Positions 26,358 to 40,687 of a stretch of 64,000 nucleotides of DNA are shown here, in pieces. The translations under genes and the position numbers were made by a program. The stretch covers positions 358,298,001 to 358,362,000 of the forward strand of contig OZ024742.1 in NCBI GenBank assembly GCA_964016885.1, in the 5' to 3' direction. Position 1 is the first letter of the stretch, and every line of letters begins with the position of its first letter. The notes below the pieces were generated by a model. That model did not search any database, had not been told where the DNA came from, and worked only from the letters and a program-made list of their open reading frames with translations. Origin of the DNA: Eledone cirrhosa. Taxonomy: Eukaryota.

Positions 26358-26703
26358 GGAGGCACATGGCTTAGTGGTTAGAGCATTGGCCTTGCAATCG
26401 AAAGGTTGTGAGTTCAATTCTCAGACTGGGTGATGTGTTGTTTCCTTGAGCAAGACACTTTATTTCACATTGCTCCAGTTTACTCAGCTGTAGAAATGAG
26501 ATGATAGGGACTGGGGTCCATATCATTCCACTGTAAAGTGGTCATGGAGGTGCCACAGCAAAAAAATACCCAGCACTCACTGTAAATGAGGTTGGTGTTG
26601 GGAAGGGCATCAAGCTGTAGAAATCAAGCCAGAATCAGTTCCCGTCCCACCCTTGCAAGCAGGGAGAATCAGACGTAAAATGAAATGAAATTGAATGAAA
26701 TGA
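26358..26703 (+). mobile_element. SINE family B, full length
   Basis: A box TGGCTTAGTGG, B box GAGTTCAATTC, ccttgagcaagacact core, tail matching RTE 33576-33620; other copies ~26941-27185 (-), 40066-40407 (-), 59562-59910 (+). Confidence 0.88.
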
Positions 26704-27213
26704 TATAGATATTGACATTTGTCAAATCGGACCGAGGAAACAATGTTTCCATTGGTTTTTCCAATTGCTAATACTATCTATCAGTCGCAACTCCAGGTAG
26801 AAGGAGCAACATGAAATAAAGTGTCTTGCCCAAGAACATAAAGCATCGCCCTGTCCGGGAATCAAACTCACAACCTCACGAATGCGAATCCAATTCTTTA
26901 ACCACTCAGCCACACGCCTTCACTATATATACATATATATCATCATCATCATCATCATCATCATCATTTCATTTTACGTCCGCTTTTCCCTGCTTGCAAG
27001 GGTGGGACGGGAACTGATTCTGGCTTGATTTCTACAGCTGGATGCCCTTCCTAACACCAACCTCATTTACAGTGAGTGCTGGGTGCTTTTTGCTGTGGCA
27101 CCTCCAGTCCCTATCATCTCATTTCTACAGCTGAGTAAACTGGAGCAATGTGAAATAAAGTGTCTTGCTCAAGGAAACAACACATCACATATCATCATCA
27201 TCATCATTTCATG

Positions 27214-27248
<35 letters not shown>

Positions 27249-27373
27249 GTATATTATATATATATATATATATATATCCGTAGTGGTAGAGCACTCAGTC
27301 CATGGGACGAGTTAGGTAGAAATGGTTACACAACAGTTAGTTCACCATACCAGGAACAATTGTTTCACCAGAT

Positions 27374-27417
27374 TATGAGCTGAGGATCCGCTAAGGTGAA
27401 ACAATTGTCCTCGGTAT
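27374..27417 (+). ncRNA. Type I minimal hammerhead ribozyme inside fold-back 27318-27447
   Basis: gag-CTGAGGA-tccgctaaggt-GAAAC-AATT-GTC-ctc. Confidence 0.72.
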
Positions 27418-27442
27418 GGTGAACTAACTGTTGTGTAACCAC

Positions 27443-27478
<36 letters not shown>

Positions 27479-28215
27479 TGTTAGACTTTGGGAGAGTCAT
27501 GTTGCCAATAAGAAGCACATGCACCAGAAACGAAATACATATATACATGTAATCAAATACCTGCAGTTGCATGCACACACTCACTCACTCACTCAATCTC
27601 TCTCTCACGTGCACACACACACATACACACACACATCTTATTCATCTATTGATTTTCTTTTTAAACCAATCAATGTTTCTTGCTTATTTTATTTCAGTTA
27701 TATTTTCAACACGTTCACAAGAAATTCTGAAGTAATTTTATGATAGTGTTCTTGATGATTAAATCTTGGCTGTTCCTAACATTATTATAGTTATTGTTGC
27801 TTTTGATGTTGTTACAATTGTTGCTTTTGTTGCATTTTATATTTTTTCAATTATATTTTAGTTTTGTTTATTTACCCCCCTTCAATTTCACTGAATCAAC
27901 GGAATCCAATTTTGTTTAGTTTGGTTTTTAAGTGGAATAGTATAGTTGTCATCGGTCAATGACTTGCGCTAAAAGATATTTACTGCAATTATTTTCTGTA
28001 ACCAAGATCTTGTAATAATCAGTATTTGACTTGTAAAACATATTTCATTTCTACTTCACCAAAGATCACGATTTCTTCTAAAGAATATAAAAGAAAAGAA
28101 TAGAATTACTAAATATATGTGTGGGTGTACATATATATATATATATATCATCATCATCATCATCATCATCATCATCGTTTAACGTCCATTTTCCACGCTA
28201 GCATGGGTCTGGACA

Positions 28216-28278
<63 letters not shown>

Positions 28279-29035
28279 TATATAATAAATATATATATAT
28301 ATATATATTTATTAATATTTTTATGCAAAAGTAAAGTATTGATCTTAGTCAAAATAAATGTTATTAATATGTTTGTATGAAAAAGAATATCAATAAATGT
28401 GAATATGAAATGTATAAATTACTATCTTATACTAGTCTTTCAGATGTACATATTATAATGACAAGGCCATGACCAGTGGTTATGCTTTCTTATCACTGAT
28501 CATCTAATTTGTATAAATAACTGTAGCAAAGAACAGATTAAAAAAGAAAGAAATTCTATATTAGTTATTAGTTGTTTTATTTGCCTATTAATATAGTAAG
28601 AGAAGGATTTGGACAGGGTCAGTTTCATTATACATATAAAATAAATTAACAAATTGATCTGCTGTTTGTAAACTACAATATCTAACCTTATGTGAAATAA
28701 CTAATGTGACCTTGGCACTGCAGTGTTGGCAGAAGAAAAATATATTATAATACTGAACAAAGTTACATTGTGATTATCTCAAATCTTCTTTATTTGTATA
28801 TTGTATTGCTCTTGATACACTAATTGAAATTGTATATGGTAGGGTGTGATGGATATAGCTTTTTATGTAAACAATATCTTCATTGGACACAATATATCCA
28901 ATGTACACAATATAATATCCTTCAATAGAATGGCCTTAAAATTAAAATTACATGAAGGAAAACTGTAAAAATCCTTAAAAAGTTGGATGTGATTCAATAA
29001 ATCTATTTCAGAAAATTCCAGAGTATTTTATACCA

Positions 29036-29270
29036 TTGTGCATGGACAATGATCGAGGGGTGAAGAAATGCCAGGAAATCCCAGTGGAAATGAAGCTACA
29101 GTAGAGGACAACCAACTAAGACCTGGGCAGAGGTTGTGAGAGCTGACCTCAAATCGCTAAGACTGTCAGAGGAGATGACGAAGGACACAAGTGGAGAGAT
29201 GCCATGCTAAGAATGACCTGTCCAACCCATGCAGGCATGGAAAAGCGGACATAAAAACGATGATGATGAT
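29036..29270 (+). mobile_element. RTE LINE 3' fragment
   Basis: Homologous to 33390-33640 with (ATG)n tail. Confidence 0.8.
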
Positions 29271-30667
29271 AATGATCTTATCAGATATATATCTTAAGAA
29301 CATTATCATGATGAAAAGTTCAAGACATGACAATGGAGAGATGAAAGTGACTAGTTGATCATCTCATCTGAGATCCAAACAGTATGTGAAATCAACATGA
29401 TACTGGCCATTTTCTGTGCTAATGCCTTTGCAGTTTTGTCTGCCAGGCACAGCCCAAACACTTCCCTACCATAAACTGTCATGCTCTCCCCCTCCTCTTC
29501 TCTTTCTTCCATGTTTTTTACATACAATTATAATGGTTGGTTTTTGAATCGATATAATAACTTTAAATAAATATCTCTGTGTCATAGAACTATGGGCAAT
29601 TTAGGGCAATTTAATAGCAAAAGGATTAAATATGATGTAAAAGCTGTAAAAAGATATTGGAAAACATAGACGAACACACAACATATTGACAACAGTAGGG
29701 GAGAACTGCTGCTTAATGTGCAAGCATGTGTGTGATAGATTCACTAACTAAATTTTTTACACATCTCCAACATTTAAAACAGAATTATTTGCTATAACAT
29801 CAAAAAATATTACAAGATCACACAGAGTATAGCTAGAATATTCAACCAGTATTGCATTTTTTTTTTCAGTTACTAAAGCAAAATTGAACTAAAAGCAAGT
29901 CGATATGAACGTCAAAAATTGGTTAGCACATTCTCAACCTAGCATGTGATAGCTTACATTTGCTGCTAAAATATGTTTTAATTCAAAATATTAGATTTGT
30001 GTTGAGAAATAACTTAGTCTTATATGGAGTGTTTGTTTTTTGACTAAGTGATCAAACTCATATTTTGTCTAGGCAGTTCCTTCCTTATTGTCAGAAACAA
30101 AACCAATTACTCTTAAAAATGTCAATTCTTATTTATGTTTTCTCTTTTTTCTATCAAATATAAAACTTTGCTTTATTATAGCAAATAAAAATAAACAATA
30201 GCTTATACGTTATTGATATTTATGGCAAATGTGGTGCTATGTTACCATCACATTCATATCTCAAATTGCTCAATGGAAAATATAATGTAGAAACCTTCCA
30301 CAAATAATATATGATTTACTTCAATTTTAATTTTTTTCATATTTGCTGCAAGAATATTCAACAACATGAATGTTGGCATAGCAACAATGGTAATAATTCC
30401 TGTTTTGGTGTCACTGATACTGGAAAATATCCCATATAATATGTGGCAACAACGACAATATTTCAACAGTTGATGCTATGTTGCTTAAATGGTGATGAAC
30501 AACAGAGAATGCAACCATGAATAGAATATTTTATTCTATTTTAGGACATTGATTATCTGAGTTTAAGCCCTGTGTGACCCCATTTTACTTTTTAACATTG
30601 GAGATATAATAAAATTAGTTTGTGCTAAATTCTGGGACAAACAAAATAACTATTGTCATATATATAT

Positions 30668-30728
<61 letters not shown>

Positions 30729-30825
30729 TGCGATGAAATACCAATGATGGTTGGAAAATCACTGACGAAGGACTATTTTTATCATATGTGCAAACCACGC
30801 AGTATTCTTCTTTCTTCTCATGTTT

Positions 30826-30862
<37 letters not shown>

Positions 30863-30869
<7 letters not shown>

Positions 30870-30908
30870 GCTGAGAATCCGCTACGGTGAAACAATTGTT
30901 CTCGGTAT
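30863..30908 (+). ncRNA. Hammerhead ribozyme, same family as 27374-27417, core variant CTGAGAA
   Basis: atatcgag-CTGAGAA-tccgctacggt-GAAAC-AATT-GTT-ctcggtat; 8-bp stem I. Confidence 0.6.
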
Positions 30909-31379
30909 GGTGAACTAACTGTTGTGTAACCACTTCTACCTAACTCGTCCCATGGACTGAGTGCTCTACCACTATGGATATTACCTTCCAGTGTTCTACC
31001 ACTATATATAGATATAATAAGGGTTGACAGACCCACCATATTTATCAATGCCAGTACCGGTTGTATCTCCGCGCACACAATGGGCAATGTAAGATACATT
31101 ACCAGAGTATACACATAGTTATTTGCCTCAACACAACACACGTAAAACGGGTGCCTATAAGGTGCCCGGATTTGAGTTTCTGCCGAACTAATGCAGGAGT
31201 AAGGTGCACTGCACCATCTGTCTGCATATATTATGCAACAATGCACATTCGGCTTATATGGCTCCATCAGCGGGTATCGCCTAATCAATAACCAACCGAT
31301 CAACATAATCTAAACACCGGCCCATGCCGGTCATGACTGTTTGTGACAACCGACACGGTAAAGCGATTAGCAACTGGCA

Positions 31380-31420
<41 letters not shown>

Positions 31421-31425
<5 letters not shown>

Positions 31426-33613
31426 GACGTATGACATAGATAATAACTGGAAGTTCTTACGTGACAACTTGCTGAAGGCTACTGATGAAACCTGTGGCTG
31501 GAGCAGAGCTCCAACCAGACAGAGAGTGACCTGGTGGTGGAACAGCAGTGTAGATAAGGCTATTAGAGACAAAAGACTAGCATGGAAGGCTTGGAATAAG
31601 GGTGGGAGTAGGGAAGAATATACAGCCACTAAGAGAGAAGCTAGACGTCAGGTGTACTTAGCACGCAGGGAGGCAGAGAGTAGGAGGTTTGCCAATGTTC
31701 TGCGACGGGAAGATCAGAGGCGTGCGGTGTTCCACATTGCAAGGCAGTGTGTCAATACAAATCAGGATGTTGTTGGTGATAAATGTGTCCGGGATGATGC
31801 CGGTGAACTTAGTGTCACGAATGACCAGAAAAAGGAGGCCTGGAAATGTCATTATGAGAGACTGATGAATGTGGAGAACGAATGGGAGAGAGAGAAATTA
31901 CCCTTGGTAGATCCGACAGAGGGACCAGCTATTGAGATTGACGAATATAGGGTCCAAGAGGCGATTAGGGAAATGAAAAATGGTAAGGCGGCCGGACCAT
32001 CGGGAATAGTTGCTGAGATGCTGAAGGCATCAGGGGACGTAGGCACTAAACTGGTTGCACGCATAATCAATCAGGCTATATATGGTGGTGTCATACCCAA
32101 AGACTGGTGCAGCAGTATTCTCATAAATTGCTACAAAGGTAAAGGGGATGCTTTGGAGAGGAGCAATTATAGGGGTATAAAACTGATAGATCAGGTTATG
32201 AAAGTGGCAGAAAGGATTTTAGCACAACTAATTAGAGAAAGGGTCAAACTAGATGAGATGCAGTTTGGTTTCGTGCCTGGGAAGAGTACAACAGATGCCC
32301 TCTTCTTGGTGAGACAAATGCAAGAGAGGTTCTTAGAGAAGAATAAGCCACTATACTTAGCCTTTGTTGACCTAGAGAAGGCCTTTGATAGGGTACCCCG
32401 ATCTGTCATCTGGTGGTCCCTAAGGAAGCTGGGTGTTGAGGAATGGCTTGTAAGGACAGTGCAAACTTTGTACAGAGGTACTCTCAGTAAAGTCAGGGTA
32501 GGAATGGAGTTTAGTGAGGAATTCCAGATACAAGTAGGAGTACATCAGGGTTCGGTCCTCAGCCCGCTCTTGTTCATTATAGTCCTCCAAGCCATAACAG
32601 AGGAGTTTAAGACTGGCTGTCCATGGGAACTTCTCTATGCTGACGATCTGGCTCTTATGGCAGAATCAGTAGAGGAGCTAGAGAATAAATTCCGGCTATG
32701 GAAACAGCAGTTGGAAGCAAGAGGACTGAGAGTAAATCTAGCTAAGACAAAAGTGTTGATGAATAGAAAAGAGGACAAAACCCTCATTCTGTCAGGGAAA
32801 TGGCCATGTTCGATATGCAGAAAAGGAACTGGCATAAATTCTATAAAATGCACACAATGTAGGTCCTGGGTACACAAGAGATGTAGCGGGATAGCAGGCA
32901 AACTAACAGGTAGGGAGAAATATGTATGCAGTAGATGTACAGGGAAATTAGACAGTAGAAGTCGCACTGATAGACACATTTTTCAAATGCGAGAGGGCGC
33001 TATAGAAGTGGTGGATAGCTTCCGGTACCTAGGAGATCAGATTAGCATGGGAGGAGGGTGTTCCGAGGCCATAGTATCTAGAATAAGGACGGGTTGGAAG
33101 AAGTTTAGGGAGCTGCTTCCTCTGTTGACGAAGAAGGGCTTCTCCCTGCGTACGAAAGGCCGGTTGTATGATGCCTGTGTGAGGAGCGCGATGCTGCATG
33201 GTAGTGAGACATGGGCAGCTACCGCAGAAGATATGCGACGGCTGGAGAGAAATGAGGCAAGCATGCTCCGTTGGATGTGCAGTGTAAATGTGCGTGAACG
33301 ACCCAGCATAAATGTGTTGAGAGAGAAACTGTGTCTGAGAGGGATAGAATGTAGTGTACGGGAGAGGAGACTGAGGTGGTATGGACATGTGATGCGCATG
33401 GAGGATGACCGATGGGTGAAGAAGTGCCAGGAAATGCCAGTTGAAGGAAGACGTGGTAGAGGTAGACCACGAAAAACATGGGCGGAGATGGTGAGAACAG
33501 ACCTCAGATCATTGAAGCTCACGGTGGAGATGACGAGGGACCGTGACGAGTGGAGAGATGCTGTGCTGAATAAGACCCGTCCCACCCTTGCAAGCAGGGA
33601 AAAGCGGACGTAA
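31421..33613 (+). CDS. RTE-clade LINE reverse transcriptase ORF, 5'-truncated and uninterrupted, with internal PHD finger
   Basis: KAAGPSG, NYRGIKL, QFGF, FVDLEKAFD, GVHQGSVLSP, YADD, FRYLG, RRLRWYGHV, GRPRKTW; (ATG)n tail to 33640; the ORF-track start at 31343 is read-through of (TA)n. Confidence 0.93.
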
Positions 33614-33725
33614 AATGATGATGATGATGATGATGATGATATATATATCGGCGAAACTGCAGTCGCGACTTTGAAGAAAAGATAGGTATATTTTTGTCTA
33701 TTATTTCCTCATATTTTGTAATTTG

Positions 33726-33785
<60 letters not shown>

Positions 33786-33899
33786 GTTAGGTGTATAACT
33801 ACAGTTGCAGGCTACATTCAATGCTGTTACTAACATACACACACATATATCATCATCATCATCACCATTTTATATTCATTCTTTCTCGCTAGCATGGGT

Positions 33900-33943
<44 letters not shown>

Positions 33944-33945
<2 letters not shown>

Positions 33946-35663
33946 AGAATAATTGGGAGAAAGGCAGTCTCCCCCATATCGACCCAATAGAGGGACCAGC
34001 AGTGTTAGTCGAGGGGAGTATAATAAGTAAGGCAATCAAGGATATGAAGACTGGTAAGGCGGCTGGGCCTTCGGAAATAGTTGCTGAGATGCTGAAGGCA
34101 TCTGGCACGGTGGGACACACCATGGTCACCCGCATAGTTAACCAAGTCGTACAGAACGGGGTTGTTCCGAAGGACTGGCATAGCAGCATCATCGTTAACT
34201 GTTATAAGGGTAAAGGAGACGCCCTAGATAGGAGTAACTATAGAGGCATTAAATTAATCGACCAGGTCATGAAGGTCACGGAAAGAGTAATAGCGCAACT
34301 AATCAGAGAGAGAATTGACCTAGATGAAATGCAGTTCGGGTTTGTGTCAGGCAAAAGTACCACAGACGCTCTTTTCATAGTACGACAACTACAAGAGAAG
34401 TACCTAGCTAAAGGTAAACCCCTCTACTTAGCTTTTGTCGACTTGGAGAAAGCCTTCGACAGAGTCCCCCGCTCCATTATCTGGTGGGCTCTTAGAAAAC
34501 TAGGCGTTGACGAATGGCTTGTGAGGGCTATACAAGCCATGTATAAAGAAACAGTCAGCAAGGTTAGAATTAACAACGAATATAGTGAAGAGTTTAGCGT
34601 AAAAGTCGGCGTCCATCAGGGCTCTGTTCTCAGTCCACTACTATTTATTATTGCCCTTCAGGCCATAACAGAGGAGTTCAAGACAGGCTGCCCATGGGAA
34701 CTCCTATACGCAGACGACCTGACACTCATAGCGGAATCAATGGCCGAGCTAGAGAAGAAATTCCAAACATGGAAGCACGGCCTAGAGTCAAAAGGACTTA
34801 AAATTAACCTGGCTAAGACCAAAGTACTAGTTTGTAGGAAAGAAAACAAGGCGGCGGTCCCTTCTGGGAAATGGTCGTGCTCGGTGTGTAGGAAAGGCGT
34901 AGGTAGAAACTCCATTTTATGTCCTAAATGCAAAGTATGGGTGCATAAAAGATGTAGTGGGGTCACAGGTAGGCTAACTAAGAACATAGATTTTACATGT
35001 GGCCGGTGCTCTGGTGCAATAAGTAGCAGCAAGTGCCCACAAACTACTAGCTCTTTCAATTGCGCAGAGGGTTCTATAGAAATAGTGGACAGCTTCCGTT
35101 ACCTGGGCGATAAAATCAGCAGTGGGGGAGGGTGCTCTGAAAGTACTGTAGCTAGAGTCAGAACTGGTTGGAAAAAGTTCAGAGAGCTTATACCACTATT
35201 AGCTGCTAAAGGGTTCTCACTAAAAATGAAAGGCAGGTTGTACGATGCCTGCATACGAACAGCAATGCTGCATGGCAGTGAGACCTGGGCATTGTGTGCA
35301 GAGGATATACGCAGACTAGAGAGGAACGAAGCTTGCATGCTCCGCTGGATGTGTAACAGTAATATACGTGAACGGCAAAGCATAAACGAACTAAGGAATA
35401 AATTAGAGATAAGAGGGATCAGATGTTGTTTACTCGAGAGAAGGCTACGTTGGTATGGACACGTGATGCGCATGAAAGTCGATAGCTGTATAACAAAGTG
35501 CAGGGCAATAAAGATAGACGGTAGTCACGGAATAGGCAGACCTAGAAAAACCTGGGACGAGCTGATAAACTCCGACATCACACACTTACACCTCTCCAAG
35601 ACAATGTCACTGGACCGAGACCTTTGGCGGTACTCAGTAACAGAGAAGACCCGCCTTACCTAA
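33944..35663 (+). CDS. Second RTE-clade RT ORF (different subfamily), 5'-truncated, with PHD finger
   Basis: Same RT motifs; ~390-bp 3'UTR and (ATG)n tail to ~36055. Confidence 0.92.
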
Positions 35664-36095
35664 ATATATAGTAAAACCTACTCCAGCCAGTAGGCATCTC
35701 TAACAAAATACACCCCGTCCCACCACCCCCACCCGATCCACACCACCCCGTTCTATGTAAAGTTATGTTGGTGCCGCGCCATCGAGGCCGAAACAAATGA
35801 GATCGTGTAGGTGTCACGACAAAAAAACACACAGTCCACGCTGTAATGTGGCCGTGTAGGCAACACGGTAAAAACCTCCCAGACCCACACTGTAAATGTG
35901 GTTGGTGTTAGGAAGGGCATCCAACTGTAGAAAACCTGCCAGACAGTCCTATGCGAGCAAGACAATCACTCTTGCCTCAAGTGGGACTACCCCCGTCCAA
36001 ACCCATGCAAGCGTGGAACACGGACGTTAAACGTTGATGATGATGATGATGATGATATATATATATATAAGTAGTAACACAACAGTTAGTTCACA

Positions 36096-36137
36096 ATACC
36101 AAGAACAATTGTTTCACCTTAAGCGGATCTTCAGCTC

Positions 36138-36140
<3 letters not shown>
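36096..36140 (-). ncRNA. Hammerhead ribozyme, same family as 27374-27417
   Basis: Minus: gag-CTGAAGA-tccgcttaaggt-GAAAC-AATT-GTT-ctt. Confidence 0.7.
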
Positions 36141-36169
<29 letters not shown>

Positions 36170-36351
36170 TAGTTAGGTGTATAACTACAATTACAGGTGG
36201 TATGCCATTTGAAGCACTCAGATCTGTTACAAGGTCAGTATCATGTGGGTTGTAGTCCAGAGTTAAGGCAGCTGTATTGTGCAGAGTGTAGATATATTAA
36301 TCAGAACCACTGCTGTATCACTGACTTTGATTCTTTTTTATATATATATAT

Positions 36352-36633
36352 CATCATCATCATCATCATCATCATTTTACGTCCACTTTTCCCTGCAAGG
36401 GTGGGACGGGAACTGATTCTGGCTTGATTTCTACAGCTGGATGCCCTTCCTTACACCAACCTCATTTACAGTGAGTGCTGGGTGCTTTTTTCTCGTGGAA
36501 CCCAGCACTCACTGTAAATGAGGTTGGTGTTAGGAAGGGCATCCAGCTGTAGAAATCAAGCCAGAATCAGTTCCCATCTCACCCTTGCAAGCAGGAAAAA
36601 GTGGACATAAAATGATGATGATGATGATGATGA
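36352..36633. repeat. Head-to-head inverted pair of SINE B 3' halves
   Basis: (CAT)n..gagtgctgggt / acccagcactc..(ATG)n. Confidence 0.88.
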
Positions 36634-37154
36634 TATATAAAGTGGTCATGTAGGAATCATGGCAAAAAGTACCCAGTTCACACTGTAAATGAGGTTGGCA
36701 TTAGGAAGGGCATCCCACTGTAGAAATCAAGCCTGTATACATATATATATATATATAGTTATGTAATAAACAACATAAGGCAATTATTTCATTTACCAGT
36801 GGTTTCTTATAAGCAAACAAATGTTGTCTTCAATCTTAGAGCACTCTTTTTTCCTGGACTTTTCCGACGGAATTACTTCATTTACATATATATATATGCA
36901 TATATATATAAAGACTAAAGTCTGTGTTAAGGCTCATTTGGCCAGTGCCTATCCCGGTTGCCTTCACCACCTGGACAGGACGCCAGTGCATCGCAGGGTT
37001 AAACCCTCAGCTATTGCTGGTACACATTTTCAGCTGAGTATACTGGAGTAATGTGAAGTGAAGTGTTTTGCTCAAGAACACAACATCCAACCCAGGAAAC
37101 GAACCAATGATGTTATAATCGTAAATCCAACACTGTTACCACTAGGCCACATGC

Positions 37155-37261
<107 letters not shown>

Positions 37262-37504
37262 CAATCAATAAACTATATATATCTGTTTGTGTCTATATTG
37301 TATCTGTATTATTTTTGACCGTCGGTCAGTCAATGGCAACATTGAGGACCGAGTAAATTAGATTGCTGATATAAAAGACACAGAAGCGAAAAGCGAAAAC
37401 CAACCAAACAGTGAGTGTGTTCTGTTATTAATTCTGGCAATATTACACAAATATGACCCTCCCCAAGTATAACAATATATATATATATATATATAAATAT
37501 ATAT

Positions 37505-37835
37505 CATCATCATCATCATCATTTTACGTCCACTTTTTTCTGCCTGCATGGGTGGGACTAGTCCTATTCAGCACAGCATCTCTCCACTCGTCACAGTCCT
37601 TCGTCATCTCCATCGTCAGCTTCAGCGATCTGAAATCTGCTCTCACCAGCTCCGCCCATGTTTTTCGTGTTCTTCCTTCCACTGGGATTTCTTGGCACTT
37701 CTTTATCCAGGGGTCATCCTCCATGCACATCACATGTCCATACCAAAGCAGTCTTCTGTCCCGCACACCACAACTTATCCCTCTTATATCCAGTTTCTCT
37801 CACAACTCATCTATGCATGGTCGTTTATGCACATT
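37505..37835 (-). mobile_element. RTE LINE 3' fragment
   Basis: [18 protein letters not shown], (ATG)n tail. Confidence 0.85.
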
Positions 37836-37836
37836 G

Positions 37837-37930
<94 letters not shown>

Positions 37931-38109
37931 ACATACATATATATATATATATGTATGTATATATATATATATATATATATATAAAAGTTATAGTATAACG
38001 AGAAAAATTGAAGATATTCTTTACTCCAAAGTAAATTCTATCTTTGATGTTGATTAATCAGGATTATTGTGATAATTGGTAATACTTCATCGAAATAGCA
38101 ATTTTAAAA

Positions 38110-38144
38110 ACCTCTCTTTCTCTCTTTCTCTTCTTCTCTATCTG

Positions 38145-38179
<35 letters not shown>

Positions 38180-38492
38180 GTCTGCTTCTCTCTCTCTCTG
38201 CCTCTCTCTCTCTATCCCTCTCTGTATTTCTCTCATTTTTTGTCCATCTCTCTCTCTGCTCTCTCTGTCCATCTCTCTCTCACTCTCTCTCTTTCTCTTT
38301 CTCACTCTCTCTCCTCGCCCCCTCTATCTCTCTTCTCCTTGTCCATCTCTCTTTTTCACTCTCTGCTCTTTGTGTCCATCTCTCTTTCACTCTCTCTCCT
38401 CTCTCTATCTTTCTCTATCTCTCTCACACTCTCCCTCTCCTCTCTCTTTGTCCATATTTTTCTCTCCCTCTCTCTCATCTCTCTCTCTCTCT
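38110..38492. repeat. Degenerate (TC)n polypyrimidine tract
   Basis: Direct inspection. Confidence 0.9.
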
Positions 38493-39087
38493 TCAGTGAA
38501 TTAATGGAAAGGAATCTGTTAAATGTTCATTTATAATGGGTAATGGCATACGTATAGATCTTGTGAATATTAGATGCTGTGTTGGGAAATTGAGATAATT
38601 GACAAGATAATATCACCTTGATTTAAAGAACAGATAGATCTATCAATTTGTTATCCTTCTAGAAACTGCAGAACAATTGTCTGGCAATGTTTATTATCTT
38701 AACATGATTCCAGACAGAGAGATCAAACTTTTAGAAACTGAATAGATAAAATAACTTCTGTGAGAACATTGAGATATACCATAGCCTGAACAGGAATATT
38801 GATGAAATGCTTGGATATATTGTAATTAAACTTTGGTGCAGGATTGGGTGTGTTCTTTAGGTTTTAGTGTGGAATTAAATGGTTTGAGATTCAATCCCAC
38901 TCTGTGATAATTTGGGCAACTGTTTCGTAAAGTAGCCTCTTTACCAGCAGAATTTAACAAATGGAAAACTTACAGGAAAATGTTACATATATATATATCA
39001 TCATCATTTTACGTCCGCTCTTCCCTGCTTGCAAGAGTGGGACGGGTGTTATTCAGCATCTCTCCACTTGTCACGGTCCTTATATAT

Positions 39088-39662
39088 GGTCACGTGATGC
39101 GCATGAAGGATGATAGCTGTATAACAAAGTGAAGGCCAATAAAGATAGACGGTAGCCACGGAATAGGCAGACCCAGAAAAACCTGGGACGAGCTGATAAA
39201 CTCCGACCTCACACACTTACACCTCACCAAGACAATGTCACTGGAACGAGACCTTTGGCGGTACTCAGTAATAGAGAAGACCCGCCTTGCCAGTAGGCAT
39301 CTCTAACAAAATACACCCCGTCCCACCACCACCACCCCCACCCCATCCACACCACCCCGTTCTATGTAAAGTTATGTTGGTGCCGCGCCATCCAGGCCGA
39401 AACAAATGAGATCGTGTAGGTGTCACGACAAAAAAACACACAGTCCACGCTGTAATGTGGCCGTGTAGGCAACACGGTAAAAACCTCCCAGACCCACACT
39501 GTAAATGTGGTTGGTGTTAGGAAGGGCATCCAACTGTAGAAAACCTGCCAGACAGTCCTATGCGAGCAAGAAAATCACTCTTGCCTCAAGTGGGACTACC
39601 CCCGTCCAAACCCATGCAAGCGTGGAACACGGACGTTAAACGTTGATGATGATGATGATGAT
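39088..39662 (+). mobile_element. RTE subfamily 2 3' fragment, head-to-head with a short RTE tail at ~39000-39080
   Basis: Near-identical to 35455-36055 with a small deletion. Confidence 0.88.
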
Positions 39663-39765
39663 ATGTGTGAATGAAGTGATTCCGTCGTAAAGGTCCAGGA
39701 AAAAAGAGTGCTCTATGTAGGTTACAGAGCTTATTAGTTATGTAATAAACAACATAAGATAATTA

Positions 39766-39825
39766 TTTCATTTACCAGTGGTTTCTTGAAGGCAACCAAA
39801 ATTGCTTTCATTCATTAGAATGAAA
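39766..39825 (-). ncRNA. Hammerhead ribozyme with mutated core (CTAATGA)
   Basis: Minus: tttcatt-CTAATGA-a-tgaaagcaat tttg gttgccttca-a-GAAAC-CACTG-GTA-aatgaaa; relative at ~36785-36835. Confidence 0.6.
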
Positions 39826-40491
39826 AAATCCTGGTGTCTCTATTGACAGTGGATTTGAAAAACAAATATATAACAGATATGAAAGTGAGGCTGGAGGAAA
39901 AAAAGAAGGGGGGTGGGGGGAATAATAAATAAGAATATATAACAACACACACATATACACGCACACACACACTCACATATACACACATATATATATATAT
40001 ACACATATACACGCACACATACACATATATATACACAGAGACACATATACACACACATACATGTATCATCATCATCATTTCATTTTAAGTCCGCTTTTTC
40101 CCTGCTTGCAAGGGTGGGACGGGAACTGATTCTGGCTTGATTTCTACAGCTGGATGCCCTTCCTAACACCAACCTCATTTACAGTGAGTGCTGGATGCTT
40201 TTTTTGCCGTGGCACCTCCACGACCACTTTACAGTGGAATGATAGGGACCCCAGTCCCTATCATCACATTTCTACAGCTGAGTAAACTGGAGCAATGTGA
40301 AATAAAGTGTCTTGCCGAAGGAAACAACACATCACTCGGTCTGAGAATTGAACTCACAACCTTTTGATTGCAATGCCAATGCTCTAACCACTAAGCCATG
40401 TGCCTCCATACATATATATATATATATCCATACATAAAAACACCAACACATATATATATATATATATACATATATATATACATGCACACAC

Positions 40492-40523
<32 letters not shown>

Positions 40524-40687
40524 ACATACACATACATACATACACACATACATACACTTATATATACACACATGCATACGTACTCACATATAAAAGGATA
40601 CATATGCACACACACAAATAAGAATAAATAATAATAATAAATGACCAAACGCACGTAAAAAAAAAAAATATATATATATATATATAT

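Noticed and set aside
26358-26435. tRNA genes at SINE heads
   Set aside because: A/B boxes continue into SINE core and LINE tail; no complete cloverleaf
30254-30466. 70-aa hydrophobic ORF
   Set aside because: No recognisable motif or convincing splice signals in AT-rich DNA
30762-30815. Hammerhead CTGACGA..CAAAC-cacgca-GTA
   Set aside because: GAAA is mutated and stems I and II do not pair convincingly
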